Positions 27,330 through 37,743 of a stretch of 64,000 bases of DNA are shown here, piece by piece. Source of the DNA: Planctomycetota bacterium (GTDB lineage: Bacteria > Planctomycetota > UBA8108 > SXIK01); contig CBDCXR010000004.1 in assembly GCA_965223845.1 (NCBI GenBank), positions 3,712,001 through 3,776,000 of the forward strand, read 5' to 3'. The notes under the pieces are model-generated. The model had not been told where the DNA came from. It ran no database searches and saw nothing but the letters and a program-made list of their open reading frames with translations. Position numbers and translations under genes: made by a program. The stretch's first letter is position 1. Each line of letters opens with the position of its first letter.

Positions 27330-28892
27330 CTAGAACCGTCGACCGAGCAGGAGAAGCGCGACCGTCGGTACGGCGAGGAGTAGCGCGACGATCGAACACA
27401 AGGCGCCGGCTTCCGCCGTCATACCGTAGTGGATCAAGCTGAAGAATCGCATCCCCATCGTGGTGAAGTCCGGAGGAGCCACCAGAATCGACGCCGGGAG
27501 CTCGCCCACGGCGAGGATCGTGATGGCGAGAAACACGACGGCCGTCCACCGCGCGAAGAGCGGATGCACGAGGCGCGAGCCGATCTCGACGCGATCGCGA
27601 CAACCGTCGATCGCTGCGACGGATTCGAGCTCGACGGGGAAGGTTCGCATCGCGGGCAGAAGCAGAAGGATCGCGAGCGGAAAGAACCGTACGGCGTACG
27701 CGAGGCTCAAGATGAACGGACTGTCGTAAACGACGCCGAGGAACTCGGAGCTACTGAACATACGAACGAGACCGACACCGACGAGCGGCGCCGGCATCGC
27801 GAGGAGGACGACCGACGTGATCGCGACCGCGCGACGCCAGCCGGGTTGGCGAACCCACATCCACGCGCAGCCCGCCGCGAGCGCGGCGCAGATGGCAGCA
27901 CCGGTCGCCGCCGTCCATAGCGACGTTCGGATCTCCGGGGCGAACAGACGGAAGTAGTAGCCGAGAGTCTGCTGCCCCGGGAACGGATTCGCGACGGTCG
28001 CGAGGGGAACGGTCACCCAGAGTGCACAAACCACGACGGCGAAAATCGATACCGGCATTCGCGCCCCGCCGAGCGCGACGCGCCACGGTCGCGCTCCCGG
28101 AGGCAACTCGAGCGGACGGACGATGAACGCGCCCCTCGCGACCCAGATGAGCGGACCGAGCAATAGGATCTGCGGCAGCGCGATGAGAACGGCTTCGCGC
28201 GGCCGATTGAGCGCGTACAGCGTGTAGATCTCTTCCGGCAGGGTTCGGACTCGAATGACATCGGACGCCGAATAGTCGGTGAGAAGCCAGAGGACGACGA
28301 GAGTCGACGCGGCGGCGAGCGATGCGCGCGCCGCGGGCGCGCTCACGCGCGTGAGGACTCGCCACGAGCTCGCACCGTCGACGAGCGCCGCCTCCTCCCA
28401 AAGCGGTGGCACGGCACGGAGGCCGAGTCCCACGAGGAGCGCCCAGATGGGAACGTGACTGATGCCGTGAACCACCCCGAGCCCGATCGCGCTCCCGTCG
28501 AGGCTGGCTGCGCCGATCGTTCGGATCACGGCCGCATTGACGACGAAGAGGGGAAGCGCGGAACCGAAAACCAGGAGTGAGATACAGACGAAACGCGCGT
28601 GAACATCGGTCTTGAAGACGACGACCGCGAGTCCGCTGCCGATCGTTGCGCACACGACGATGGCGACCGCCGCGGAGAGCGCGGAGGTGCCGGCAAGGGA
28701 GGCCCACCGGTCGAGGTCGCCGTACGCCGCCACCCACGGAGAAAAATCGATCTCACCGTTCGCGTAGACGGTCGAAGCGACGAGGATGGCAAGGATGCTT
28801 CCACCGAGCGCCAGGGGCGCCAGGTGGATCGCGATGGCGACGGCGGCGAAAAGACGTCGCCAAATCGTCGGCCGCGCACGCCGCTCCGTCAC
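27330..28892 (-). CDS. ABC transporter permease (FbpB/ThiP-like, two permease halves)
   Basis: Many TM segments; EEAALVDGAS and ESVAAIDGC EAA loops. Confidence 0.88.
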   Translation of the reverse strand: MTERRARPTIWRRLFAAVAIAIHLAPLALGGSILAILVASTVYANGEIDFSPWVAAYGDLDRWASLAGTSALSAAVAIVVCATIGSGLAVVVFKTDVHARFVCISLLVFGSALPLFVVNAAVIRTIGAASLDGSAIGLGVVHGISHVPIWALLVGLGLRAVPPLWEEAALVDGASSWRVLTRVSAPAARASLAAASTLVVLWLLTDYSASDVIRVRTLPEEIYTLYALNRPREAVLIALPQILLLGPLIWVARGAFIVRPLELPPGARPWRVALGGARMPVSIFAVVVCALWVTVPLATVANPFPGQQTLGYYFRLFAPEIRTSLWTAATGAAICAALAAGCAWMWVRQPGWRRAVAITSVVLLAMPAPLVGVGLVRMFSSSEFLGVVYDSPFILSLAYAVRFFPLAILLLLPAMRTFPVELESVAAIDGCRDRVEIGSRLVHPLFARWTAVVFLAITILAVGELPASILVAPPDFTTMGMRFFSLIHYGMTAEAGALCSIVALLLAVPTVALLLLGRRF

Positions 28893-29959
28893 CGTAGGAA
28901 CCGCTCCTCGACGACACGACTCGCGGCGTCGAAGCTCTCCGCCGCGGTATCGAGGTCAACCTGCATCGCCCGAACGGAGTCGGGTCCTCGCACGCGCGGT
29001 GAGGGTTTCAGTCCTTCGCGAAGAGGAATCTGCGCCGACGGTCCGGCCGCGAGTCGTCGCTCGGTCTCGGCCGAGAGGAGGAACTCGATGAACCGAAGCG
29101 CTTCGTCCGGATGCGGCGCTCCCGCGACCATCGCGAGCGTGTTGGGGAGAAAGAGCGTACCCGGCTCGTTCTCACCTTGGTCGGGATAGACGATGCGCAC
29201 CGGGCGCCCCCGCTCGAGTTCGATGAGTGCGTCGTCGGTATCGGTGAGCCCGATCGCGGCACGTCCCTCGGCGACGGCGATCGCGCAGCCCTTGTTCCCG
29301 CCGTGGATCTGAACCTCGTTCGCTTTCAAAGCATCGAGAAACGCTGTCGCCTCCGCCTCGCCCCAGAGCGAGAAGAGGACCGCGACGTGCGATGCAGTCG
29401 TCCCGAAGAGCGGCTTAGCGACTGCGATCTTCCCGCGCCAACGCGGATCGAGGAGATCGCGCACCGAACGCGGCTCGTCTTCGTTCGGAACCATCTCCCG
29501 ATTTACGATGAGCACCCGAGCTCGCGCGGCGAACCCGTACCAGTACCCGGCCGAATCGCGGTACTGAGGGGGGATGCCTTCGGCTCCAGCCGGCGTGGAC
29601 GGCGCGAGCAAGCCCTCGCGCTTCAGATTGAGCGTATTGATGATTTCGTTGTTCCAAAAGACGTCGCATCGCGGCCGTTCCTTCTCCGCGCGGATTCGAT
29701 TGACGAGCCCGATGGTCTTCGTCGACTCCGGATCGTACGTCGCACGGACGCGAATCCCGGTCGCGCGCTCGAACTCGGCGAAAATGGGAGCGGAGAAGGC
29801 CCGGTCGAGCGCAGTGTAGACGACGACCTCCCGCTTCGTCGAATCCCCGCAGCCGAAACCGGCTGTCATGGTGATCGCTGCGATCACCGCCGCGCGCCAC
29901 GCGATCCGCGCAAACTCGTTCACTGCAAATCTCCTCCGTCGTACGTCATTTCGGTTCAC
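28889..29959 (-). CDS. ABC substrate-binding lipoprotein (Fe3+/thiamine/AfuA-like type II fold)
   Basis: Lipobox-like AGFGC; VVVYTA, FERATGIRV, DLLDPRWRGKI. Confidence 0.88.
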   Translation of the reverse strand: MNRNDVRRRRFAVNEFARIAWRAAVIAAITMTAGFGCGDSTKREVVVYTALDRAFSAPIFAEFERATGIRVRATYDPESTKTIGLVNRIRAEKERPRCDVFWNNEIINTLNLKREGLLAPSTPAGAEGIPPQYRDSAGYWYGFAARARVLIVNREMVPNEDEPRSVRDLLDPRWRGKIAVAKPLFGTTASHVAVLFSLWGEAEATAFLDALKANEVQIHGGNKGCAIAVAEGRAAIGLTDTDDALIELERGRPVRIVYPDQGENEPGTLFLPNTLAMVAGAPHPDEALRFIEFLLSAETERRLAAGPSAQIPLREGLKPSPRVRGPDSVRAMQVDLDTAAESFDAASRVVEERFLR

Positions 29960-31049
29960 CCCGGTCGAGGATCGATCTCTGCTCGCCCTCTTCGTCGAAG
30001 AGATACACCGAGGACCGATCCACCGCGACCCCGACGTGGTCCCCGCGGCCCGCGGCCTGATCCGGCTCGAGCGAGACCGTCCACACTAGACCGGACGGCC
30101 CTTCGATCTCGACGAACTCTTGGGCCCCGAGGCGGCGCGTCGAGGTCACTTCTCCGCGAAAGAGTGCCCTCGACTCGTCGACTGTGAGAGAAGCGTCTTC
30201 GGGTCTCACGCCCAGCGTCACCGCGCGCGCGGATCCGCTGAGCGGCGTGGACGGATCGAGCGTACAGGACCAACCCGGCGCCACGAAAGCCCGGTCGCCT
30301 CCGCGATCCTCGATCGATCCCGAAGCGAAATTGATCGCCGGTGCACCGAGCGCGGCCGCCACTGCGCGGAACTTGGGCCTCGCGTAGAGATCGGAAGACG
30401 TTCCGACCTGAACGATCTTCCCGCCGTGGAGAATCGCGACGCGATCGCCGAGGCTCCGCGCTTCGTCCTCGTCGTGGGTGACGTAGATCGTCGTCGTCGG
30501 GGATTCGCACTGCACCGCGCGAAGACGTCGGCGGAGGTCGAGCCGCAGTGCCGGGTCGAGACTGCTGAACGGCTCGTCGAAGAGCCACGCGCACGGCGAG
30601 CGCATCATCGCTTTGGCGAGCGCCACGCGCTGACGCTCCCCGCCGGAGAGCGAGTCCGGGCGACGATCGAGGAAGGGCTCGATCTGGAGCGAACGCGCGA
30701 CCTCTTCGAGCCGCGCGGCGGACTCGGCGCGTGGTTCACGGCGCAGCCGCGCGCCGAACATCAAGTTGCCGCGCACAGTGAGGTGCGGATAGAGCGCGAG
30801 CGACTGAAAGACCATCGCCACGTCGCGGGCGGCGGGTGGATGGTCGGTCACGTCGACGCCGCCGAGCCTCACGCGACCTTCGTCCGGCCGCTCGAGTCCG
30901 GCAGCGATGCAGAGGAGCGTCGTCTTTCCCGATCCCGAAGCACCGAGGAGCGCGAGCAACTCGCCGTCGCGCGCACTCAAGTCGAGAGACCGCAGGGCCG
31001 TATGCTGCCCAAAACGCTTAGTCACTCCGATGAGATCGATACTGGCCAT
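29946..31049 (-). CDS. ABC transporter ATP-binding protein (MalK/PotA/FbpC type with TOBE domain)
   Basis: GASGSGKTT, LSGGERQRVA, LFDEP, YVTHD. Confidence 0.93.
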   Translation of the reverse strand: MASIDLIGVTKRFGQHTALRSLDLSARDGELLALLGASGSGKTTLLCIAAGLERPDEGRVRLGGVDVTDHPPAARDVAMVFQSLALYPHLTVRGNLMFGARLRREPRAESAARLEEVARSLQIEPFLDRRPDSLSGGERQRVALAKAMMRSPCAWLFDEPFSSLDPALRLDLRRRLRAVQCESPTTTIYVTHDEDEARSLGDRVAILHGGKIVQVGTSSDLYARPKFRAVAAALGAPAINFASGSIEDRGGDRAFVAPGWSCTLDPSTPLSGSARAVTLGVRPEDASLTVDESRALFRGEVTSTRRLGAQEFVEIEGPSGLVWTVSLEPDQAAGRGDHVGVAVDRSSVYLFDEEGEQRSILDRGEPK

Positions 31050-31082
31050 CTCAGTTCGGGCGTGGGAGTCGACGGCGACGGA

Positions 31083-31199
31083 TCATGAGACGAATCATGA
31101 ACGTTTTATGAAGCAAGACTGCGCCAAATCCCGCGAATTCTCGCGTTTCTCCGTGCGTTCAAAGACGCTCATGAAACCCTTCATGCTTCCTGCTACGAT
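31083..31199. promoter_or_regulatory. Divergent promoter region with PHO-box-like ~11-nt direct repeats
   Basis: Minus strand CTTCATAAAAC GTTCATGATTC GTCTCATGA; plus strand (T/C)TCA units at 31158, 31168, 31180 followed by extended -10 TGcTACGAT (31191-31199). Confidence 0.45.
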
Positions 31200-31289
31200 G
31201 GGTCTCGTTTCGCGTCGGCGGCCACTCGAGACTCGCCGCGCGAACTGCGGTGCCCATCCTACTCCATCGAGCTTTAGAGAATCGCGGCG

Positions 31290-33470
31290 ATGCTGTTTCC
31301 AACAGAATCGTCTTCGAAGAAGACGGACGCGGCTGGCGGCGAACGAGGCTCTCGATTTGATCCTCGCGACGCGCAAGAGATCGGGGTCGACATCGATGCC
31401 CCCGAAAACTACCTCGATCGGGAGTTGAGCCTGCTCGAGTTCAACGCGCGCGTCCTCGAGCTTGCGCGCGATCCGTCCGTGCCGCTCCTCGAACGACTGC
31501 GCTTCCTCTGCATCTCGTCGTCGAACATGGACGAGTTCTTCGAGGTCCGGGTGTTCGGGCTCAAGCAGCGGATCGCGTTCGACTCCGCCATCCCGCAGAC
31601 GCCCGGCCTGCCGCGCCAGGAAGTGTTCCGGCGGATCAGTGCGAGAGCTCACGATCTCGTCGCCTCGCAGTACGAGACGCTCCAGGAGGAGATCCTGCCG
31701 GCGCTCGAGCGGGAGGGCGTCCGCCTGCTCAAGCGCACCGAATGGACGTCGGCACAGGCAGACTGGGTGCAGAGCTACTTCAAGAAGGAAGTACTTCCCG
31801 TTCTCACGCCGATCGGGCTCGACCCGGCGCACCCGTTTCCGCGCATCACGAACAAGAGCCTCAATTTCGTCGTCTCCCTCGAGGGAAAAGACGCGTTCGG
31901 GCGGAGCAGCCGCGCGGCGATCGTCCAGGCGCCGCGAATGCTCCCGCGTCTCACTCGCCTTCCGGCGGAGATTTCGGAGCTCCCCTACGAGTTCTTGATG
32001 CTCTCCTCCGTGATCCACATGAACGTGCAGAAGCTGTTCCCGGGGATGAAAGTCCGGGGCTGCTACCAGTTTCGCGTGACACGAAACAGCGATCTCTGGA
32101 TCGACGAAGAGGAGGTGGAAGACCTCCTCCGGGCCCTCAAGGACGAGCTTCCGGGCCGGCGATTCGGCGGGGCCTCGCGTCTCGAGGTCGCCGAGAACTG
32201 CAGCGAGAGTATGTGCGAGTTTCTCCTCACGGAGTTCGACCTCGCGCGGGACGATCTCTATCAGGTGCGCGGTCCGGTCAATCTCCATCGGCTGAGCGCA
32301 CTCTACGATCAAGTGGATCGCCCCGACCTCAAGTATCGACCGTTCCTCCCCGGTCGGGTCAGCCCGCCGCGTTCGGACGTGGGAATCTTCGATCGATTGC
32401 GACAAGGCGACGTGCTGCTCCACCATCCGTTTCAAACGTTCGCGACCGTCGTCGAGTTTCTCCGCGCCGCCGCACAGGACCCGGATGTACTTGCGATCAA
32501 GCAGACGGTCTACCGCACCGAGGCGGATTCGCCGCTCGTCGAGGCGCTCATCGACGCTGCGCGTGCGGGCAAGGAAGTGACCGCGGTCGTCGAGCTGCGC
32601 GCTCGCTTCGACGAGGCCGCGAACATCGATCTCGCGACGCGGCTTCAGGAGGCCGGCGCCAAGGTCGTCTACGGCGTCGTCGGCTACAAGACACACTGCA
32701 AGCTCCTCCTCGTCGTCCGCCGCGAAGGGAACCGGCTTCGGCGCTACGCTCACCTCGGCACGGGCAACTACCATAGCGGTACGGCCCGGGCGTACACAGA
32801 CCTCGGGATTATCACGCACGACCCGAAGATGACCGAAGACGTGCACCACGTCTTTCAGCAGCTCACCGGGCTCGGCAAGGTCAAAGGTCTCGACAAGCTC
32901 CTCCAGGCACCGTTCACGCTCCACACGACGTTTCTCGAGCTCATCGACTTCGAAATCGACCAGGCCCGAGCCGGGAAGAAAGCGCGAATCATCGCGAAGA
33001 TGAATTCGCTCGTCGAGCCGGAAATCATCCGCGCTCTCTATCGCGCGTCGCAGGCCGGCGTCCGCATCGACCTGATCGTCCGCGGTATCTGCAGTCTCCG
33101 CCCGGGAGTCCCGGGTCTCTCGGAGACGATCCGGGTTCGATCGGTTCTCGGTCGATTCCTCGAACATCCGCGGGTGGTCTACTTTCACCACGGCGGTCGC
33201 GACGTGACCTACTGCGGCAGCGCTGACTGGATGCCGCGAAATTTCTTCAGCCGGGTCGAAATCTGTTTCCCGATTGAGGACAAGAGCCTCCGCCGGCGCG
33301 TCGTCGACGAGACGCTCTCCGCGTACCTCCGCGATACGCGCAGTACGTGGGAACTTCAAAGCGACGGCAGCTATCGTCGCGTCCGGCCGAAGCCCGATGT
33401 GGCTCCGTTCAGCGCGCAGGAGCACCTCCTCGAGACTCTGTCCGACACGCCGCGCCTCCACGAGCAGTAG
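31290..33470 (+). CDS. ppk1: Polyphosphate kinase 1
   Basis: RELSLLEFNARVL, HPFPRI, AIKQTVYRT, ARFDEAANI, KTHCK, GTGNY, SADWMPRN. Confidence 0.97.
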   Translation: MLFPTESSSKKTDAAGGERGSRFDPRDAQEIGVDIDAPENYLDRELSLLEFNARVLELARDPSVPLLERLRFLCISSSNMDEFFEVRVFGLKQRIAFDSAIPQTPGLPRQEVFRRISARAHDLVASQYETLQEEILPALEREGVRLLKRTEWTSAQADWVQSYFKKEVLPVLTPIGLDPAHPFPRITNKSLNFVVSLEGKDAFGRSSRAAIVQAPRMLPRLTRLPAEISELPYEFLMLSSVIHMNVQKLFPGMKVRGCYQFRVTRNSDLWIDEEEVEDLLRALKDELPGRRFGGASRLEVAENCSESMCEFLLTEFDLARDDLYQVRGPVNLHRLSALYDQVDRPDLKYRPFLPGRVSPPRSDVGIFDRLRQGDVLLHHPFQTFATVVEFLRAAAQDPDVLAIKQTVYRTEADSPLVEALIDAARAGKEVTAVVELRARFDEAANIDLATRLQEAGAKVVYGVVGYKTHCKLLLVVRREGNRLRRYAHLGTGNYHSGTARAYTDLGIITHDPKMTEDVHHVFQQLTGLGKVKGLDKLLQAPFTLHTTFLELIDFEIDQARAGKKARIIAKMNSLVEPEIIRALYRASQAGVRIDLIVRGICSLRPGVPGLSETIRVRSVLGRFLEHPRVVYFHHGGRDVTYCGSADWMPRNFFSRVEICFPIEDKSLRRRVVDETLSAYLRDTRSTWELQSDGSYRRVRPKPDVAPFSAQEHLLETLSDTPRLHEQ

Positions 33471-33476
33471 CCAATC

Positions 33477-34370
33477 TTGTTCGAAGCTCTCGACAGCCCG
33501 TATCTCGTCCCGTCGAGCGGCTCGTTTCGCGTCGCCGACGCGCCGACCGCACCGGACGACGACGCCCCGTCGAAGAAGAAGAGCCGTAAGCTCCTCGACG
33601 AGATCATCGGACGACTGCGAGAGGCTCAGCGACGGCTCTACGCGCAGGACAAGTACTCGCTCCTCCTCGTGTTTCAGGCGATGGACGCAGCGGGAAAAGA
33701 CGGGACCATCCGCGCCGTCATGAGCGGCGTCAATCCCGCCGGCTGTCAGGTCTTCTCGTTCAAGAAGCCGTCGACGAAGGAGCTCGATCACGATTTCCTC
33801 TGGCGTTCGAGCCTCTGCCTCCCCGAACGTGGGCGCATCGGGATCTTCAACCGGAGCTACTACGAGGAGGTGCTGGTCGTTCGTGTGCACCCCGAGTTTC
33901 TCGAGGCGCAGCGACTCCCCGAGACGCCTCCGCTCGGCGCGCTGTGGAACGAGCGCTTCGAGTCGATTCGCGATCACGAAAAGCACCTCGCACGAAACGG
34001 AACGATCATCCTCAAGTTTTGGCTCAACGTATCGCGCGACGAGCAGCGTCGACGCTTCCTCGCGCGCATCGAGAATCCGGAGAAGAACTGGAAGTTCTCC
34101 GCGCGAGACGTACGGGAGAGCGAGCGCTGGGAATCGTACATGGAAGCCTACGAGGAGGCGCTCAACGCGACCTCGCGTCCGTGGGCACCGTGGTACGCGA
34201 TTCCCGCAGACAACAAGCCCTTCATGCGTCTCACCGTGGCGCGCATCATCGACGAGACGCTCGAGAGCCTCCCGCTCGACTATCCCGACGTCGATCCCGA
34301 GGACCAGGCCGAACTCGATGCGATGCGAGTCCGCTTGAAGTCGGAACTGGGAGAGCGCGAGTCCGAGTAG
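33477..34370 (+). CDS. ppk2: Polyphosphate kinase 2 family (class III-like)
   Basis: QAMDAAGKDG, FKKPS..ELDHDFLWR, FNRSYYEEVL, PWYAIPADNK; TTG start. Confidence 0.93.
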   Translation: MFEALDSPYLVPSSGSFRVADAPTAPDDDAPSKKKSRKLLDEIIGRLREAQRRLYAQDKYSLLLVFQAMDAAGKDGTIRAVMSGVNPAGCQVFSFKKPSTKELDHDFLWRSSLCLPERGRIGIFNRSYYEEVLVVRVHPEFLEAQRLPETPPLGALWNERFESIRDHEKHLARNGTIILKFWLNVSRDEQRRRFLARIENPEKNWKFSARDVRESERWESYMEAYEEALNATSRPWAPWYAIPADNKPFMRLTVARIIDETLESLPLDYPDVDPEDQAELDAMRVRLKSELGERESE

Positions 34371-34410
34371 GGCGACAGCCCGACTTGAGGTTCGGCCCCT
34401 TCGCGTCGAT

Positions 34411-37400
34411 TCAATCGAGGAGGAGCGCCTTCAGGTCGTCGAGCCCGATTCCCGCGAGCGGGTCCTCCCCATCCTTCGCGAGGAGCCGATCGGCGAGGTC
34501 GCGCTTCGCGTCCTGGAGGTCTTGGATACGCTCCTCGATGCTGTCGCGCACGATCAAGCGGTGCACGTGAACCGGCAGCTCTTGGCCCATCCGGTGCGCG
34601 CGGGCGACCGCCTGCTCCTCGGTCTGCGGATTCCACCACGGATCGTAGAGAATCACCGTGTCCGCGCCGGTGAGATTGAGCCCGTGTCCGCCCGCCTTGA
34701 GGCTGATGAGAAACACCGGGATCGACGCGTCCGACTCGAACCGCCGCACCTCCGCTTCCCGGTCTCGCGTCGAGCCGTCGAGTCGACAACGCGGCATGCC
34801 GATCTCATCGAGGCGTTCTTCGATCAGATCGAGCATCGAGGTGAACTGACTGAAAACGAGCGCACGATGCTCTTCCTCGACGCACTCTTCGAGGAGCTCG
34901 AAGAGGAGCTCGAATTTTCCGCTCGACGCCGCAGCGCCGTCGCCGACGGACGCGGCGAGCTCGCCGAGAGTCCCTTCGTCGGCGACGAGACGCGGGTGAC
35001 AGCAGACCTGACGGAGTCGAGTCAGCGCCGCGAGGATCGCAAACCGGCCCCGCTGACCGTCGGCCTGTTCGGCCGCGGCGCGCGCTTCGACCAGCTGCGC
35101 CTCGTAAAGCCCCCGCTGCAGATCGAGCATCGGAACTCGCTCGGTCTGCTCGATTCGAGGCGGCAACTCGGCGAGGACCTGATCCTTCGTTCGCCGAAGG
35201 ACGAAGGGCCGCACGCGCCGGCGCAGGCGCTCGACGGCGCCGGTGTCGCCGCGGTCGGCCGGATCGCGAAACTCGTCCTGAAACTCGCGTCGCGAACCGA
35301 GAACCTCCGGCGACACGAAACGAAAGACACTCCACAGCTCGCCGAGATGGTTCTCGACTGGAGTGCCGGTGAGCGCCCAGCGCTCGTCGGCCGAGAGCGA
35401 GTACGCCGCCTTAGCGGTCTGGCTCTCCGGGTTTTTTATGTGGTGAGCCTCGTCGAGCACGACGCCGCGAAACGAACGCGCTTCGTAACACTCGCGGTCG
35501 CGACGCAGGAGCGCGTAGGAAGTGACGAGGAGATCGTACTCTCCTCCCGCGATCCTCTCCTCGCGTTCGCGGGCGCGCAGTCCCTGAACGCCCGCGGCAC
35601 GCACACGGGGAAAGAACCGATTGCATTCATCCAGCCAGTTGAACGCGAGGCTCGTCGGACAGACGACGAGGATGGGCGCGCGCAGATCCGCATCCGCGCG
35701 CCCGAAGAAATGCGCGAGCGCCATCACGGTCTTCCCGAGACCCATCTCGTCGGCGAGGATTCCACCGAGGCCCCAAGCGGCGAGGTCACCGAACCACTCG
35801 ACCGCCGCCCGTTGGTACGGACGGAGAAGAGACTCGGTCGCGCCCTCGAGAGTCTGCACTCGTTCACCGCCGCCGGGAGTCGAGCGACGAAGCCGCGCGA
35901 AGAGCGACTCTACGCTCGCGGTCGCTTCGATCTCGACATCCTCGCCCGAATCGAGCACGGCTCCGATCGAGTAGGCCGGAACTCGAACCGGGCCGTCGTG
36001 AGAGATTTCGTTTCCCGCGGCCCGGGCCGAGCGGAGGATCTCGATCACGTCCCGAAGCGCCGTGTGATCGAGCGAGAGAACGGTTTCGTCGGCGAGGCGG
36101 AGCACGCCGTTCGATCCCGATCGCTCGAACGCGTCGACGAGCTCGCCCCCATCGACGTCGAGGCGGCGGCCTCCGTCGGAGAGCTCGAACGAAACCTCGA
36201 GCCACCCCGCTCCACCCGATTCGGGAGGCTCGCCATCGATGCGCAACGCGACTCGCGGTGCACGGTGCACGAGATCGAAGGCTCGCACCTCGTCGGGCCA
36301 CTCGATGCGCGTTTGACCGCGAAACGTGAGCGCACGCGCGAACGCGTCCTCACCCCGGAGCGTCCACGCGGCGCCGGCTTTCTCGAAGCCGGCGCTTTCG
36401 AGCTCTCGGCGCGCGCGGGCGAGCGACTGACCCGCCGCAGGGAAGCGGCGCACCGTCCCGTCGCGTCGCAGCGTCCACGGAGTCGGACTTTCGGGCGCGT
36501 CGACCCACTCCCCCGCGTAGGCGAACTGAAGCGTGCCGCTGAGCTCTCCGGGGGGGCGCCCGACGACGACGAGTCGAACTTCGTCGACGCCCTCCACCTC
36601 TTCGATGAGCCCGTCCTCGACGACGAGCTCGCTCGGAGTGAGACGCTCGAGTGTTTCCATCCCCGAGACGAGAAAACGATCGAGCTCCTCGCCGTCCGTG
36701 ACGACGAACTCGCTCTCCTGAATCTCGGCGAGGTACGGTCCGGCCGCACCCGCGGCGAGGGGGCGAAACGCGCCGTCCTCGAGCTGTAGCCACGGCGCAA
36801 TCGAAGGCACGAGGATCACTTCATCGAAGGGGACTTCTCGCTCGGACGGCGACACGCAGGCCCAGCGGACGCGGATCACGGCGTCGTCGTCCGCATCGTC
36901 CCCCGCCCGCTCTACCCGCGTGCGAAGGCGCCACGGCTCGCGCTCGACACGAAGCGCTCGTCCGGCGCGGTCGACGAGCGCCTCCGTCCCGGCGCAAAGC
37001 TGAAGCAAGTATCCGAGCGTCTCGGCGTCGAGCTCGCTCCGAAGCTCTCCCGCGCCGGCGATCACGCCTCGAAGCGCTGCGTCGCGCGGGTGCACGCCGA
37101 CTCGTCCGCGTCCGATCCAGCGTTCTAGATCGGGCGTTCGCACTTCGCCCCAACCGTTTTCGCTGCGAAGCTGAAGCGCGACGCGACTCGGAGTCGAGAG
37201 CGACCCGAGCGACAAGAGGAGGACGCGGAGAACGGATCCGTCCGGCGCCGTCGCGATCTCGCTTGCGCCGCCGAAGAGACGCTCGAGGATCGGCCCCTCC
37301 CCGAGGTCGAGCGCTCCGAGATCGAGGGAGGCCGTCTCGCGAGAGCTTCCGCTCGCTTCGCTCGGCTGCGCGCTCTCCCGCCTCGCATCGTTCGATCTCG

Positions 37401-37743
37401 CGCTGCGCGGTTCGTCGGCATCGGGCACCGACTCTCCCGCGGCGATGCGCTTCAAGTACTCGAGGGCGACGACTTGATGGCGACAGAAGCCGTCCAAGCG
37501 GTACGGGCAAGCGCAGCGGGACTGGACGCGCCCGTCGAATTCCTTCCTCACGTTCACGAAGAACTTCCGCGCATCGCGCGGATCGAGAACGATCACGCGA
37601 ACCGTCGAATCCTGCCCCATGGCGATGTCCTGCACGGCACCGCGCCGGAAGAGCTCCTGGCCTTGGTCCCATATGTAGGGATCGAGCCTCGCCTGGAGCA
37701 CGCGGAGCGCTTCGTCGACTTTCCACGGGACGTCGTCGTTCAC
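34411..37743 (-). CDS. SWIM zinc-finger SNF2-family helicase-like ATPase
   Basis: CACP...FCRH (SWIM); LADEMGLGKT, LDEAH, LTGTP, SLKAGGHGLNL, PWWNP, QAVARAHRMGQ. Confidence 0.95.
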   Translation of the reverse strand: MNDDVPWKVDEALRVLQARLDPYIWDQGQELFRRGAVQDIAMGQDSTVRVIVLDPRDARKFFVNVRKEFDGRVQSRCACPYRLDGFCRHQVVALEYLKRIAAGESVPDADEPRSARSNDARRESAQPSEASGSSRETASLDLGALDLGEGPILERLFGGASEIATAPDGSVLRVLLLSLGSLSTPSRVALQLRSENGWGEVRTPDLERWIGRGRVGVHPRDAALRGVIAGAGELRSELDAETLGYLLQLCAGTEALVDRAGRALRVEREPWRLRTRVERAGDDADDDAVIRVRWACVSPSEREVPFDEVILVPSIAPWLQLEDGAFRPLAAGAAGPYLAEIQESEFVVTDGEELDRFLVSGMETLERLTPSELVVEDGLIEEVEGVDEVRLVVVGRPPGELSGTLQFAYAGEWVDAPESPTPWTLRRDGTVRRFPAAGQSLARARRELESAGFEKAGAAWTLRGEDAFARALTFRGQTRIEWPDEVRAFDLVHRAPRVALRIDGEPPESGGAGWLEVSFELSDGGRRLDVDGGELVDAFERSGSNGVLRLADETVLSLDHTALRDVIEILRSARAAGNEISHDGPVRVPAYSIGAVLDSGEDVEIEATASVESLFARLRRSTPGGGERVQTLEGATESLLRPYQRAAVEWFGDLAAWGLGGILADEMGLGKTVMALAHFFGRADADLRAPILVVCPTSLAFNWLDECNRFFPRVRAAGVQGLRAREREERIAGGEYDLLVTSYALLRRDRECYEARSFRGVVLDEAHHIKNPESQTAKAAYSLSADERWALTGTPVENHLGELWSVFRFVSPEVLGSRREFQDEFRDPADRGDTGAVERLRRRVRPFVLRRTKDQVLAELPPRIEQTERVPMLDLQRGLYEAQLVEARAAAEQADGQRGRFAILAALTRLRQVCCHPRLVADEGTLGELAASVGDGAAASSGKFELLFELLEECVEEEHRALVFSQFTSMLDLIEERLDEIGMPRCRLDGSTRDREAEVRRFESDASIPVFLISLKAGGHGLNLTGADTVILYDPWWNPQTEEQAVARAHRMGQELPVHVHRLIVRDSIEERIQDLQDAKRDLADRLLAKDGEDPLAGIGLDDLKALLLD

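Noticed and set aside
31095-33986. 963-aa minus-strand ORF
   Set aside because: Antisense shadow of ppk1/ppk2; it spans both because they share a frame; no motifs; long shadow ORFs are common in GC-rich DNA
34522-36789. 755-aa plus-strand ORF
   Set aside because: Antisense shadow of the SNF2 gene; Arg/Ala-rich with no recognisable domain
34411-37743. SNF2 ATPase as part of an anti-phage defence island
   Set aside because: Typical stand-alone SWIM-SNF2 architecture; neighbours are ppk2 and yjbQ, with no methylase or nuclease
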